Part shown: positions 34,843 to 46,528 of the stretch, piece by piece | Layout of the letters: each line of letters starts with the position of its first letter | Position numbering within the stretch: the stretch's first letter is position 1 | Source: Cladosporium halotolerans | Taxonomy: Eukaryota | DNA: 64,000 nucleotides | Reading direction: 5' to 3' | Assembly: GCF_011745625.1 (NCBI RefSeq) | Contig: NW_027191465.1 | Coordinates: forward strand, 1-64,000 | The notes under the pieces: generated by a model | Database searches by the model: none | What the model saw: the letters and a program-made list of their open reading frames with translations, nothing else | What the model was told of the DNA's origin: nothing | Program-made: the position numbers and the translations under genes

Positions 34843-37482
34843 ATGGCGGACTTGGTTAGTGCCGTAGACGACACATTCAATCTGACACCGCAAGCTGGAT
34901 GCGCAGCTGAGGCCTCCGACAACGATATCATGAACGATGCCTACAACACTCCCCACCAAGGTAATTGGGAAGTTGCCAGCGGCATCGAATCTTTTGTCGA
35001 CGCACACTGCGCAACAGTCCACGGGTATCGTCCAAGCTATACACAGGCCAAGTCAGGACTGGCGATCGACCAAGGGCTTACAAAACGATTTATGCAAGCA
35101 ACTTTTGAAGAAAAGCGCGCACAAGTTTTGGTACAGCAGGATAACGATCGCAAGAAGTCGGTGAACGATAAAGCCCGGGCATCTTCAACCTCTCATCCTG
35201 AAAGGAAGCCGAAAGCTTTTGTCGTGCCGCCACTGCACCATAAGTCAGTGAGTTCACCGGGTCACAGCATCAAACTGAAAGCGAAACCAGCGTCTGCAAT
35301 AGCGACGAGAGAGCAAAAGCCGGAAATGCCTGCACAGCCTCGCAATTTAGTACCCTCAACTATCCGACCAAAACAGAGCATCACTCCCAGCAGGAACTCG
35401 CAGTCGCAGTCAAGGGATCGGATAGTCCAGATCGTTGCCAAAAATGGTGAACAAGCACTGGTCAGGTTGCCCTTGATTACAAGTCTTTCGTCAGGAACAG
35501 AAGCGTGGCCAGATAAGAAGCAGGCCTCCCATGGTCGAACAGTATCTACGATCGCATCGGCTGCAAAAGCACATTCCCGGCACTCCGGTTCTCAGGCTGC
35601 TCCCACAGTGAAGGAAAGCAGCGATAAAAATCTCAATAAACTCAGATCCGCCGGCCAAGGAAAGAAGCAGGTACCCGTAATGATTGATACGCTTATGGAA
35701 AAGCTTCCTCCCCAAAGCAGCGATGCGCCAGACCTGAACAAATCGAAAGAGCTAGATAAAGCCGCACAGTCGTCACAGAAGTCTTCAAGAGGACCGGGTT
35801 CTGAACCAGGGTCGTGCAAGGATTCTGGCATTGCGATGAGTATTGGTTCCAAAGTGAGATCGAAGGCGGGGTCTGGTATTTCACAAGCAGCTTTTAGCAT
35901 TGCAGAAAAGATTGCTCACTCGAATTGCACGGCAAAGGCACCTGTCGGTGCTGCGACCGCACCATCCACATCCAACCTGGGTAGCAAACGCGGCACCCCC
36001 CTCGCGATCCAACAGGCATTACACCAGCAGACATCCATTGCTGCAAATGGGAGCCAGGCCTCAGCTATTTTACGGCAGAATAGCGGCAGCAAAGTTGGCA
36101 CTCTACGCTCGAATTACAAGCCTCCGACTGTACGGTCAGGCAGCAGTTCTACAAGCGTTATTCATTCCTTTCGCGGATTCCGCCAAGATGTCAATGGTAA
36201 TCGTGCTAAATATCAAGACGAATTCCATCAGAGCAGTCGAGCCTCCAAGGCATCATCTCCTGGAGTTCACGAGCATTCGGCGTCGATTTTGGAAAGCAAT
36301 CGCATTACCACCTCCCCCCTCAACAAGTCCAAATCAAGCGCTGAGTCAAAGAGTACTTCCGCCCCTCCCTTAGCGATCTCACTAAAGTCTTTAGCTTCCG
36401 GCCAGAGGAAGACCAATTTCGCTGGAGATGGCTGGATATCTCCACACCCTCTGAGTGTAGCCTCGATGGATGTCGGAGCATCGCCGCAAGCTGCCGTGAA
36501 ATTGTCGACCGACGCCCTTGGCCAGAGCGGCACTTTGACTTACGAAGAATGGAAGGCTCGGCGGGACGATGTGGTCAGCATACCTGGAAGCTACGCGCCA
36601 TCTCACGTGCCGAGCGCTGTTCGCTCACAGACGGTCCCGTTAGCACACAATCGCCAGCCTCCGGCAGACTATGCTGGGAGTCATCCTGGAATGGTGCCGC
36701 GGGACTCGCAGCGCTCTCCCAAAGCGCACAGCCGTGCGTCTCGGAGTACCCAGCGGCACGCTTCAGCATCCAAGAACAGTGCTGCATATAGCCCAGACTC
36801 TCTTCAACAGCGGGCGCACAGTGATTTTCAAGGCGGTACAAGCAATAAGAAAGGCTCCATTCACAAGGCTTCAAGCGTCCTTTCACAGAACGCAGGTTGG
36901 AGCTCTCCATTCGAAAGTCACGGTTCCGGCTCTGGAAATCCAGCACCATATACTGTTGGAATCACTTCGACCGAACTCGGAGACTACCAACGACGCCTCG
37001 GGAGCATAGTTTCTCGCTACTCCTCACATCTCTCCCTCCTGCAGGCAGAACAGGCATCGCCTCAGCCTGATTACGATATATGGAATAGCAGACAGAGCCT
37101 TGCGTCGAAACCATCGCTACCTCAATACTCAGCTCATCAGTCCTATCACTCAGACTTCACTGTTTCCAAAAATCAGGGGCTTGGCTCACAAAGCGAGTTT
37201 GCACCTTATCGTACGACCTCGCTGTCAGGCCCGACGGACCCGGAATGGCTACAGCCGGAAGACTTGATCTCGGGAAGCCAGCACTCTGCCCATGCTCCTG
37301 GACCGCTTGTGGTGTCAGATCCATATGGGGACAATGTGGCATCTTCTCCCAGGATCCTGATCTGCCCCCCATCAGCGGTTCAAGTGTCGCCGAGCCAAGT
37401 CACGTATGGGACAAACGAATGGCAAGATCTGGAGAAGGCGGAAGAAGGGCGCGGTCGTTATGAAATCTCCAAAATGTGGTAA
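34843..37482 (+). CDS. Large Ser/Pro-rich, probably disordered hypothetical protein
   Basis: Uninterrupted 879-codon ORF from ATG 34843 (caacATGG context). Confidence 0.75.
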   Translation: MADLVSAVDDTFNLTPQAGCAAEASDNDIMNDAYNTPHQGNWEVASGIESFVDAHCATVHGYRPSYTQAKSGLAIDQGLTKRFMQATFEEKRAQVLVQQDNDRKKSVNDKARASSTSHPERKPKAFVVPPLHHKSVSSPGHSIKLKAKPASAIATREQKPEMPAQPRNLVPSTIRPKQSITPSRNSQSQSRDRIVQIVAKNGEQALVRLPLITSLSSGTEAWPDKKQASHGRTVSTIASAAKAHSRHSGSQAAPTVKESSDKNLNKLRSAGQGKKQVPVMIDTLMEKLPPQSSDAPDLNKSKELDKAAQSSQKSSRGPGSEPGSCKDSGIAMSIGSKVRSKAGSGISQAAFSIAEKIAHSNCTAKAPVGAATAPSTSNLGSKRGTPLAIQQALHQQTSIAANGSQASAILRQNSGSKVGTLRSNYKPPTVRSGSSSTSVIHSFRGFRQDVNGNRAKYQDEFHQSSRASKASSPGVHEHSASILESNRITTSPLNKSKSSAESKSTSAPPLAISLKSLASGQRKTNFAGDGWISPHPLSVASMDVGASPQAAVKLSTDALGQSGTLTYEEWKARRDDVVSIPGSYAPSHVPSAVRSQTVPLAHNRQPPADYAGSHPGMVPRDSQRSPKAHSRASRSTQRHASASKNSAAYSPDSLQQRAHSDFQGGTSNKKGSIHKASSVLSQNAGWSSPFESHGSGSGNPAPYTVGITSTELGDYQRRLGSIVSRYSSHLSLLQAEQASPQPDYDIWNSRQSLASKPSLPQYSAHQSYHSDFTVSKNQGLGSQSEFAPYRTTSLSGPTDPEWLQPEDLISGSQHSAHAPGPLVVSDPYGDNVASSPRILICPPSAVQVSPSQVTYGTNEWQDLEKAEEGRGRYEISKMW

Positions 37483-37903
37483 TGTTGTAGTGCAAACTCC
37501 TCACATCATCGCCTAGCAAAACGAGGTATCGAATGTTGGGCACGGTAAAGTGATGTGCTACCCGTATGTTTTTGCGCTCTACAGAGAAACAATTAATGCA
37601 TCAACATTAAAACTGTTCTCAATTCCATCCAAATCCCGCAAAAGTTTCGCCATCGTGGCCATCGATTATTTTGACTAGCGCTCTATGCTCTTTCACTTAT
37701 CGCGTAATGTCAATGTAACCCTACGAACTGTTCAGGAAACCGCATTGTGGAGTGGTTGTGGGTCGACAATGGAAGCTTCCGACTCTCAAGGAAACCCCCA
37801 AATTCCCCAGAATTCCCGCTCCAACGCCACGGCATCATTCGAGAAATCGCATAATCCCCAAAACACAGAGCAACCCCGGGATATCAATTGCACAGAATTT
37901 AAT

Positions 37904-38907
37904 ATGGCCTCGAACTCGATCGCCGTGATCGGCTCGCTGAACATCGACTTCATCACCCGCACGCCTCGCGTTCCTGAAGCTGGAGAGACTCTGACGGCCA
38001 ACTCATTCTCAACGGGATTCGGCGGCAAGGGCGCCAACCAAGCGGTAGCATGTGCGCGTCTCGCTTCTAAAGATACGAAGGTGGCGATGGTCGGCAATGT
38101 TGGTGACGATGGTTTTGGCAATGACTATTTCGAGGCGCTCGGCAAGGAGGGCATCAACGCTGATGGCGTACGTAAAGTCAAGGGCCAGACGACGGGTGCA
38201 GCGAACATTGTCGTTGAAGAGGAGACTGGCGAGAACCGGATCATGTTCACGAAGGGTGCAAACTTTGCCTTCTCCGAGCAAAAAGATGCGCAGTGGGATT
38301 TGGTGCCCAAGGACGCTGGTGTCATCGTTTGCCAGCTGGAGATTCCGATGAACGTGGTACGTGTTCTTCCCGGTTCATGTGTCAACAATTGAACTATATT
38401 AATATTGACGATCAGGTCCTTCACAACCTTCACCTGGCCCACGAGCAAGGGAAGCACACCATGTTCAACCCAGCGCCTGCGTTGCCCCTCCCCGAGTCTG
38501 CCTACAAGGATATCGACACGCTGATAATGAACGAGAGCGAAGCACACATCCTCAGCCGCTCTCAATCCACAGAGAAAGCAGCTGACCTAACGCCACTTCT
38601 CTCCCATTTCCTGAAACTCGGTGTCCGCGAAGCGGTAATCATCACGCTTGGTGGTGCTGGTGTCATGTATGCTACCGCCAGTGGCAAGCAAGGCAAGGTT
38701 GCTGCAAAGAAGGTCCAGGTTGTCGACACTACTGCAGCAGGTGATACTTTCCTTGGAGCCTACGCTGCGAAGAGAGCACAGCATATCAGTGGTGACGGCG
38801 ATTTTGCGTACGAGGCTGCTTTGGAATTCGCCACTATGGCTGCAGGCAAGACCGTTGAGAGAATGGGTGCGATGGCTGCTATTCCCCGTCTGGACGAGCT
38901 TAATTAG
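37904..38907 (+). CDS. RBK1: Ribokinase (PfkB family)
   Basis: VIGSLNIDF, GGKGANQAVA, QLEIP, NPAPA, NESE, VDTTAAGDTF; intron 38357-38415. Confidence 0.93.
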
Positions 38908-39582
38908 CAAACGAGCTTAATTAGAAGAGGATGGAGAATGAAAGACAAGGTGGCAATGGATCAGTGGCTCAAGCCTATCAGGTGTATACCCAGAGTGTCA
39001 AAGTTTGTGCCATGCTAAATTTCCATGATTGAAGAAGCACTGCTGAATTCGCATGAGCGTCAATTGTAAGGCGAGTTACACTCGACAAACCGACTGCAAA
39101 GGTACCAAGCAACAGCCGTTTGAAGATGGAATGCAATGCACCCTTTTCCGGATGGCAGACGCCGACAAAACCCTGTATCAGAATGGTGATGTCTGCCGGT
39201 GAAGCTTTTCCATCATCTGTAGTCAATCGTCGTCAGAGACGCCGCGATACAGTATTTTCATACTGAGAAGCAGAGCTAGTAATAAGTTTGAAAAGCCGTT
39301 GAAAGCCAGTACCCAGTCGCTAACATGCTGATCACGACGGCCAGCTTGTATGATGAGCGTAGGCTCTAGCACAAGATATTCGTATGCTTTATATCTATCG
39401 GCACTCTCGAAAAGTCCTCCAGCGCCAGCGATATGTAAAGTACAGACTGCGATTGGAGCGCGCCAGAAAGCCGCCAGCGGGGGGCCGTGCCCGAGCGTTC
39501 CTGCTTGGCGCATCTCAAGCTTGAACATCCAGCGACTTCACGCTACGCCAGCGCCATTGCAACACGGACAATTGCCGCCACA

Positions 39583-40409
39583 ATGCTTTCACGAACCCTC
39601 CGCGCCGCTCCCAGGCGCATGCCTGCCCTACGCAGCGCATACAGCACCACCACCGACAACCCGGTCCCTGCCAACGACCCCCACGGCCGCCACCCGCGCT
39701 CCCCCGTCTCGGCCACCAATGCCACCCCGACTTCCGCTGAGGGTAGCCAGAGAGAGGCTCTGCAGGAGAGCCCAGAGGCTGGCGAGGAGAGGCGCGTGAT
39801 GCAGGCGCCCAACCGCAAGGGTATCTGGAGCAGGAGCCAGCAGCCGCGCGAGAAGGCCATGGTTGGCCCGCGCTTTGAGCAGACTATTATGGCCGACCAG
39901 GTACGTCTTGCAAGAATCGAAGGAGAATGCAGTATTTGAAGAGCACTGTATCACGGGAAGGAATCAAGAATGATAATTGTGGCTAACAATGGCACAGCCG
40001 AGACCGCTGGCAGCCATCGACCTTATCCACAAGCAGCCCGTCCGCTGGACCGAGAAGAAGGTCGTCTCTTGTGACGGCGGTGGAGGACCTCTTGGTCACC
40101 CTCGCATCTTCATCAACACCGACAAGCCTCAGATCTGCTGGTGCACATACTGCGGTGTGCCTTACGTACGTTCCCAGTCAACCAATCAACCAGATCCTAG
40201 TTCAATAAGAACATTGCGCTAATGCCATACAGGCAAACAAGCACCACCGCAAGCACCTCGAGAGCTTGCCTTCCACATCATTCCCTCTCGACCCGCCCGT
40301 CAACGACCCAGCCGCTCTCCCTGCCTCCGACTTCGAGGCTACCAACGCGAAGACTGGCTCTACCGAAGCCTACCAGACCGCTACCGGCAAGCCTCTGGAG
40401 CAGCGATAA
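39583..40409 (+). CDS. NDUFS6: NADH:ubiquinone oxidoreductase zinc-binding subunit (NDUFS6/NUMM)
   Basis: QAPNRKGIWSRSQ, CDGGGGPLGHPRIFIN, CTYCG; introns 39901-39997 and 40166-40232. Confidence 0.93.
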
Positions 40410-40607
40410 ATGGAACAAAATGTACTGTAGACCTGTACATACGCATGCGAATTTCTTTGTCAATTTCAACAACATTTTCTGGTATTCAGCGTCTCAAGAT
40501 TGCTTCGCCTCACGCGAGGTCTGTTATATACACTTTGCGCCGGGAAAGATACTTCGTTCCACATCATCATCATTCATACCCTTATGCAATAATCCCAGTG
40601 CAAATTC

Positions 40608-41042
40608 TCAAGCCTTCTCGCCCTGGATAGTGGCAACGACCTTCCTGGAGTGCTTGCTCGCCCTAAACTCCATGTAGTAAATGCCCTGCCACGTGCCAGT
40701 GTTCAGTCTGCCATTCGTAATGGGCACCGTAACACTCGCACCCATCAGACTGCTCTTGATGTGCGCGGGCATGTCGTCCAGGCCCTCCGCCGAATGCCTG
40801 TAAAGGTTGCCCTTGCGGTCCTCAGGCGCAAGGCGGTCGAGCGCATCGCTCATGTCCTCGCGGACCTCCTCGTCCCAGTTCTCGTTCATGGAGAGCGCGC
40901 AGGAAGTGTGCTGCACGAACAGGTGCAGGATGCCGACTTTGTAGTCTTTGAGTTCGGGCAGCTGGCGCGTGACTTCGTCCGTGATCAGGTAGCAGCCGCG
41001 GGATTTGGAGGGGAGGGAGAACTGTTTCTGGAAGAAAGACAT
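40608..41042 (-). CDS. UPF0047/YjbQ family protein (secondary thiamine-phosphate synthase)
   Basis: HTSCALSMNEN, HSAEGLDDMPAHIKSSL, GTWQGIYYMEF; probable 5'-UTR intron near 41189-41242. Confidence 0.92.
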   Translation of the reverse strand: MSFFQKQFSLPSKSRGCYLITDEVTRQLPELKDYKVGILHLFVQHTSCALSMNENWDEEVREDMSDALDRLAPEDRKGNLYRHSAEGLDDMPAHIKSSLMGASVTVPITNGRLNTGTWQGIYYMEFRASKHSRKVVATIQGEKA

Positions 41043-41352
41043 GGTGGGCGGTTGTGGGATGTCGGCGGCTGTGCAGGAGGCTGGCGGGCAGCAGGCGCAG
41101 GTTGGTAGGAGTTGTTTGGCTGGTGCGAGGGGTGCTCCGAAGAGGTCGAATGGGAGGGTAAAAGGTTTGAGGAGTAGGTGGAAGACGCTGGTATTTGTTA
41201 GGATGTGTTTGTCCAACAAGGGAGAGGTAATAAGAGTCTTACCTTGGGAAGAAGGCGAGTATGAAGATAGCAAGGAAGATTGAAGTGTTGCGCAGATTTG
41301 TATCGAAAGGCATGCTGATTGGGAAGTCGGGTTGAGAGGCTGACTTCTGGCG

Positions 41353-41360
41353 TGACGTCA
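41353..41360. promoter_or_regulatory. Palindromic CRE-like bZIP site TGACGTCA upstream of the YjbQ gene
   Basis: Perfect TGACGTCA about 310 bp upstream of the ATG; function inferred only. Confidence 0.35.
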
Positions 41361-41708
41361 GGTGGTGGGACTTTTCGGTCTGTTGTCTGCGTGGGGACTT
41401 ACGGACAACCTCACTCCATGCGCTTCTTATACTACGCGATGTGTCCGCAAAGCTCATTCAGGTAATGCAAGACACGACGCATGTATTGGTCGGGTAGGCA
41501 GAGTTTCAACCTACATGTGTGATACTACGAGCTTTTCCGTTTGATAAGACACGGCATCAAGATCAAAGCACGATCACGAAGTTGCAAGGAAACATCGTCA
41601 ATTCGTTGGCAACTATTTACACCCGATTCGAGTTGCCAACCTAGAAATCCCGTCCTTTCAATGAACCTTTCTCACTGCTCCGGTATAGGGACTTGGTGAT
41701 CGTTCAGC

Positions 41709-42435
41709 CTAGTCCTCCTTGGGCTGCTCGATCACGAAATACCACGAGTCCTCGTAGCGCGGGTCCTTCTTCCAGTCCCCGGCGAGGCTGCCGATGTCTG
41801 CGAAGGTGCTTTTTAAGTCAGAAAATCATCATTGAGCTTGGTCTAACGCACGGAGTAGTCACTTACCGAAGAGTGTAGTTACCATCAACCTCCACGACCC
41901 AGCACATCTGGTCAGTGGCAAGCCCGGTCGGGACAACCTTGCGCTTCTCCCAGACCTTCTCCTCAGCGGCGATCTTGAGGTTGTCCTCCTGAACCTCGCC
42001 TTTGGTGCGGCCCTGCCATTTGTACGTCTCCTTGACGGCAGGCTTCTCGGTGAAGGTCGGGTGATAGGTGTAGGTGTTGTTCGGCTCTTCCGGCTTCGGA
42101 GCGGCGACAGAAGCAGGAGCAGGAGCCACGACCTGTGCCGGCGCCGGAACAGCGGCGTAGACGTAGCCGCTCATATTGGGAGCAGGAGCGGGCACGTAGG
42201 CGTACTGGGCAGGGACTTGGGTTAGCGGGGCTGCTTTGACGCTTTCCTTTGGAGATGGCGGCGGAGACGGCTCCTTGGCGACCGGAGCAGTGGCGTGATA
42301 AGTGTGCATCCTCAGGCCGTTGTTGGAGTCGTAGCCAGGAGCGGCGATGGCATCAGAAGTTTTGAAGTCTTCCGGCCAGTGCTCGTGGTCGCTACCGCTG
42401 TCGTCTGCAACAGAGTCGACGACGGTGGAAGCCAT
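41709..42435 (-). CDS. Pro/Ala-rich hypothetical fungal protein
   Basis: ATG 42435; intron 41809-41866 joins ...GNYTLR to TFADIGSLAGDWKKDPRYEDSWYFV; WQGRTKGEVQEDN motif. Confidence 0.75.
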
Positions 42436-43336
42436 CTGCGCTGTTGTTGATGTGGGAAGAGGAGGCGCAGCGAAGATGTGGGTACTCTTGGGTCGAAGTG
42501 AGGTCAAGCGCGCAACTTCAGGGAGGTAGCGCTCAGCACCCGCTTCCCAGGGATTGATGAGTGTCGCAGTGGGGCGCGGCCGGTGTCGGGAGCATGTGAC
42601 AGTCGCGCAGTGATGAGGTGAAGAGCAACTGATGGAGGTAAACAAGCGCGACGTACCTTGGAGCCACTCGAGTCGCGAACAACAGAAGTCGTTCGAGATC
42701 TGTGTTTCTTCTTGGACCGCGATTTTCTTGGTGGCGGTGGAGGATCTTCGAGCCAAAGATCGACGAAGGGCCAGAAGCAGCACATGAGATGTTGTTGAAT
42801 GCAGCGGGAGAAGTCGGCCATGGGCAGGAAGGCACGATTGGGCGCGCGCGGGAAGCTAAATAAGGGCCGCCACTATCCCTTCAACCGTGTTTAGGCGACC
42901 TCCAAGCTTAACTCGAATGGGACAGGTAACGAAGTGAAGGCTTTGATCCATTGCGTGATGTTTACCTTCCCCAGCTCAATGGAGGCAATCCCGTGTCAAC
43001 AAACGTTGCCCCTTCTTTGCCTCTTCCGCAGCAAGGTCCTTAGCTCTTGCCACATCGACAACTGACGACCGGGCTTTATGGTCAAGATGTCAATTTGTTG
43101 TGCCGGTAAGCTTTGGCTGTGGACGAGCAAATGTTCATTGACGCCGGGGCAGGAAGGCCATGCACCTCGAGCTTCCTACATCCACATTGCTGACGGAACG
43201 ATCATGAAACGGAATCTAATGCGTTTTCTGAGCTTTCAGTAGTTATTGACAAGACGGCTATGCCGTGATGGTATCATACAATTCCTTGAATCAGTGAACA
43301 ACACTTCCTGGATCAACAAATACAAGGTACGCCGCA

Positions 43337-44860
43337 TCACAGCAAGCCCTGCTTGTTAAGATCATTCCAAACCTTCCAGGGCATGACTGTGCCAGTGCTG
43401 TCCTCCATTTCCTCAACATCATCCTTCGCATGCTGCTGTTCCTGCCGATCCGAGTTGAGCTTCGCGTGCAGGCGTTCAGCCTCCTCGATCCGAGTGATGT
43501 CTCTGTACATCGCGGTATTTGTGATGCCTAGGCACTTTAGACCATAGACGTGCCTGGACTCGGAGAAGTGCTTGTCGAATGCACGTCGACCCATGTACAC
43601 GTAGTTTCCGCAGATCTCGCATGGGAACTCGACGCCGAGACCGTGGAGCTTGTACAGCCAGAATGGGATGGGTTTACCGTCCCATGAAAGTGGAAGTTTG
43701 AGAGGGTTGTAGACCTTCTCTTCGTCATCGTCGTCATCCGAGCCCTCCTGCTCAGCGTTACCTGCCAGCGCTGCCTCCTCCTCGTAGAGAGCTGCCAATT
43801 CCTGCTGGCGCTCCTTGTCGGTCATGCCATGCTTCCGCTCGGCATTCATACGGGTCTCTTCTCGCGTATCTTGCATTGCCTCTGATAGCTTGCGAACACG
43901 ATGCTCCCGCTCGGCGATAGCCTTCTCTCGTAAACGCTTGAGGTCCTTGCTAACGTCTGAGCTGGCGCCGTTCGGCCCCATTGCCGACTTCTCCCCACCA
44001 TTCTGCCGCGCCTCAGCACTTTTGATATGCTTCTTTCCTTTCAGGTGTGCCTGGTACACATTGTCGTTCTTGAAATCCTTTTCACAATCTTCGCACCAAA
44101 TGCCCTCACCTGTTCTGTCCTGGGCTGCTTTGACCTCCTTGTCTGGCTCCCATCCTGGCACTTCGCCCTTCTCCCACTGTTCCTGGAACTCCTTCTCAAA
44201 CTTGCCGAATAGCTTTTCCAGATCCTCGAGCGGACGTGACCGGCGCATGAATGATTGCAGGTACTCCGCTAAGCTGCCGACATAGTCGAAGTATTCGTCC
44301 GTCATCTTGTGTTGGGTTTTGTCGATATTCAATTGAGGCGGCGTGAACTGGTCAAACAAGTTCAGATACTGGATGTATGTCGCCTTTCGCACCATTCGAA
44401 TACCCGGCAGATTCAGGAACTCCTCGTGTAGCATGGTCAAGTCAAAGTAGCGTCCGAAATGCTCCTCGCCAGTGAACATGCTAGTGACGTCTCCTGCAAA
44501 GCCTCCAGGCGGGCCTCCGTTCTCCGGCTTCTTGTACGCGCGCTCCAAATTTTCTACCGGCTCGTTTGGGTTGCGCTTGTGGAAGTCCTTGATGCCGTTG
44601 AGCTGGTTGTAGAATTCCTCGAAGGGGTCGCCGCCAGTGTTCATTGACTGTATTTCCTGTGTCCATTGCTCTTTCTGATCGTTGTAGATATGCAGTGCGC
44701 GCTTACTCTGTTCTGCAATGCGCGCTGTGAAGTTGGCGATCTCGTGGTCGCGAGCGAGTTGATTGCGGATGTGCTTGGGCTCGTCCATCACACGCTCAGC
44801 GATGGCTGCCTCGAGGCGCTCCACATCTTCATGTGCGGAGCGCAAGTCCTCCACCAGCAT
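43337..44860 (-). CDS. PRP9: Splicing factor SF3a60
   Basis: FTGEEHFGRYFDL, two zinc fingers, YNPLKLPLSWDGKPIPFWLYKLHGL, CEICGN. Confidence 0.96.
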   Translation of the reverse strand: MLVEDLRSAHEDVERLEAAIAERVMDEPKHIRNQLARDHEIANFTARIAEQSKRALHIYNDQKEQWTQEIQSMNTGGDPFEEFYNQLNGIKDFHKRNPNEPVENLERAYKKPENGGPPGGFAGDVTSMFTGEEHFGRYFDLTMLHEEFLNLPGIRMVRKATYIQYLNLFDQFTPPQLNIDKTQHKMTDEYFDYVGSLAEYLQSFMRRSRPLEDLEKLFGKFEKEFQEQWEKGEVPGWEPDKEVKAAQDRTGEGIWCEDCEKDFKNDNVYQAHLKGKKHIKSAEARQNGGEKSAMGPNGASSDVSKDLKRLREKAIAEREHRVRKLSEAMQDTREETRMNAERKHGMTDKERQQELAALYEEEAALAGNAEQEGSDDDDDEEKVYNPLKLPLSWDGKPIPFWLYKLHGLGVEFPCEICGNYVYMGRRAFDKHFSESRHVYGLKCLGITNTAMYRDITRIEEAERLHAKLNSDRQEQQHAKDDVEEMEDSTGTVMPWKVWNDLNKQGLL

Positions 44861-45274
44861 ATTGGGTCCTTGCACCAGAGGCGGTGGCAGAGAGTTTGTT
44901 TGTGAGGAAGCCTCAGCACGTGTGGCGTCCGAAGTGGATTATTCCAGTGTCGCGTGATCCGAAGTATGCGTCCTTGAGTGTCCTTGTACTTTGCGACTCG
45001 GCTCCACTGGTTTCTCAACGATATGAGGGGTGAGCGTAGTTGAGGTGTTGCGCCGATCAAATTGTATGCGCGCTTGTTCAGAGCTGGCGCCAGACACGAG
45101 CAATCGCAAATCGTCGCGCGAAGCTCGCGGCAAGGCGGATGCGGGGGCGGCCCGCAGCCACTCCACCTTCAAGATCAGGTCAGGCCAACGCCAGCGAGCA
45201 AGCCAACTTTTGTGAGCTTTGCGACAGGACCATCTCCACAACCACACCCTACCAATCATCACCAATTGCCCACC

Positions 45275-46528
45275 ATGGCCGAAGATGCTATCGATCGCAA
45301 GGCGGAGGAGCGTATGGAGTTCTCCACCTCCAAGGAGGTCTCGGTCGCGCCGACCTTCGAGGCCATGCACTTGAAGGAAAACCTCTTGCGCGGCATCTAC
45401 GCTTACGGATACGAATCGCCCTCGGCCGTGCAGTCTCGCGCAATCGTACAGATCTGCAAGGGCCGCGACACCATTGCACAGGCACAGTCTGGTACTGGTA
45501 AGACTGCGACCTTTAGCATCAGTATTCTTCAGGTCATCGACACTGCCGTTCGCGAGTCGCAAGCACTGGTCCTCAGCCCGACGAGAGAACTGGCCACTCA
45601 GATTCAGAGCGTCTTGCTTGCGCTCGGTGACTACATGAACGTGCAATGCCATGCTTGCATCGGTGGAACGAATGTGGGCGAGGACATCAGGAAGCTTGAC
45701 TATGGACAGCACGTTGTGAGCGGTACGCCTGGTCGCGTGGCGGATATGATCCGTCGTCGCAATCTGCGCACACGTCACATCAAGATGCTGGTTCTGGACG
45801 AAGCCGACGAACTTTTGAACCGGGGTTTCCGCGAACAGATCTACGATGTGTATCGTTACCTCCCTCCGGCCACCCAGGTCGTTGTTGTCAGCGCCACGCT
45901 TCCTTACGACGTCTTGGACATGACCACCAAATTCATGACCGACCCTGTCCGCGTTCTGGTCAAGCGTGACGAACTCACACTTGAGGGCCTGAAGCAGTAT
46001 TTCATCGCTGTTGAGAAGGAAGAGTGGAAGTTCGACACCTTGTGCGATCTTTACGACACACTCACAATCACACAAGCAGTCATCTTCTGCAACACTCGCC
46101 GCAAGGTCGATTGGCTTACCGACAAGATGCGTGATGCCAACTTCACAGTTTCGAGCATGCACGGAGAGATGCCTCAGAAGGAGCGCGACAGTATTATGCA
46201 AGAATTCCGCCAGGGCAACAGCCGTGTGCTCATCTCGACCGATGTCTGGGCCCGTGGTATCGACGTGCAGCAGGTCAGTTTGGTGATCAACTACGATCTG
46301 CCTAGCAACCGTGAAAACTACATCCACCGCATTGGTCGGTCCGGTAGATTCGGCCGCAAGGGTGTGGCCATCAACTTCGTCACTAGTGAAGACGTCCGCA
46401 TTCTGCGTGACATTGAGCGTAAGTTTGTCAATATCATATCGTGGTAGTGATGGCTAACGCTGTACCCAGTTTACTACTCCACCCAGATTGATGAGATGCC
46501 GATGAACGTCGCCGACTTGCTTGCTTAG
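45275..46528 (+). CDS. FAL1: DEAD-box helicase eIF4A-III/Fal1
   Basis: [44 protein letters not shown]; intron 46419-46469. Confidence 0.96.

Noticed and set aside
37685..37903. In-frame upstream extension on ribokinase
   Set aside because: Overlaps AT-rich terminator and promoter-like DNA and has no targeting features; probably chance
41189..41242. TPP riboswitch in the leader intron of the thiamine-related YjbQ gene (transketolase introns also checked)
   Set aside because: The introns are only about 50 nt and lack the CUGAGA and CUUGA/CCUGA-type aptamer motifs
44939..46327. 462-aa minus-strand ORF
   Set aside because: Antisense shadow of FAL1
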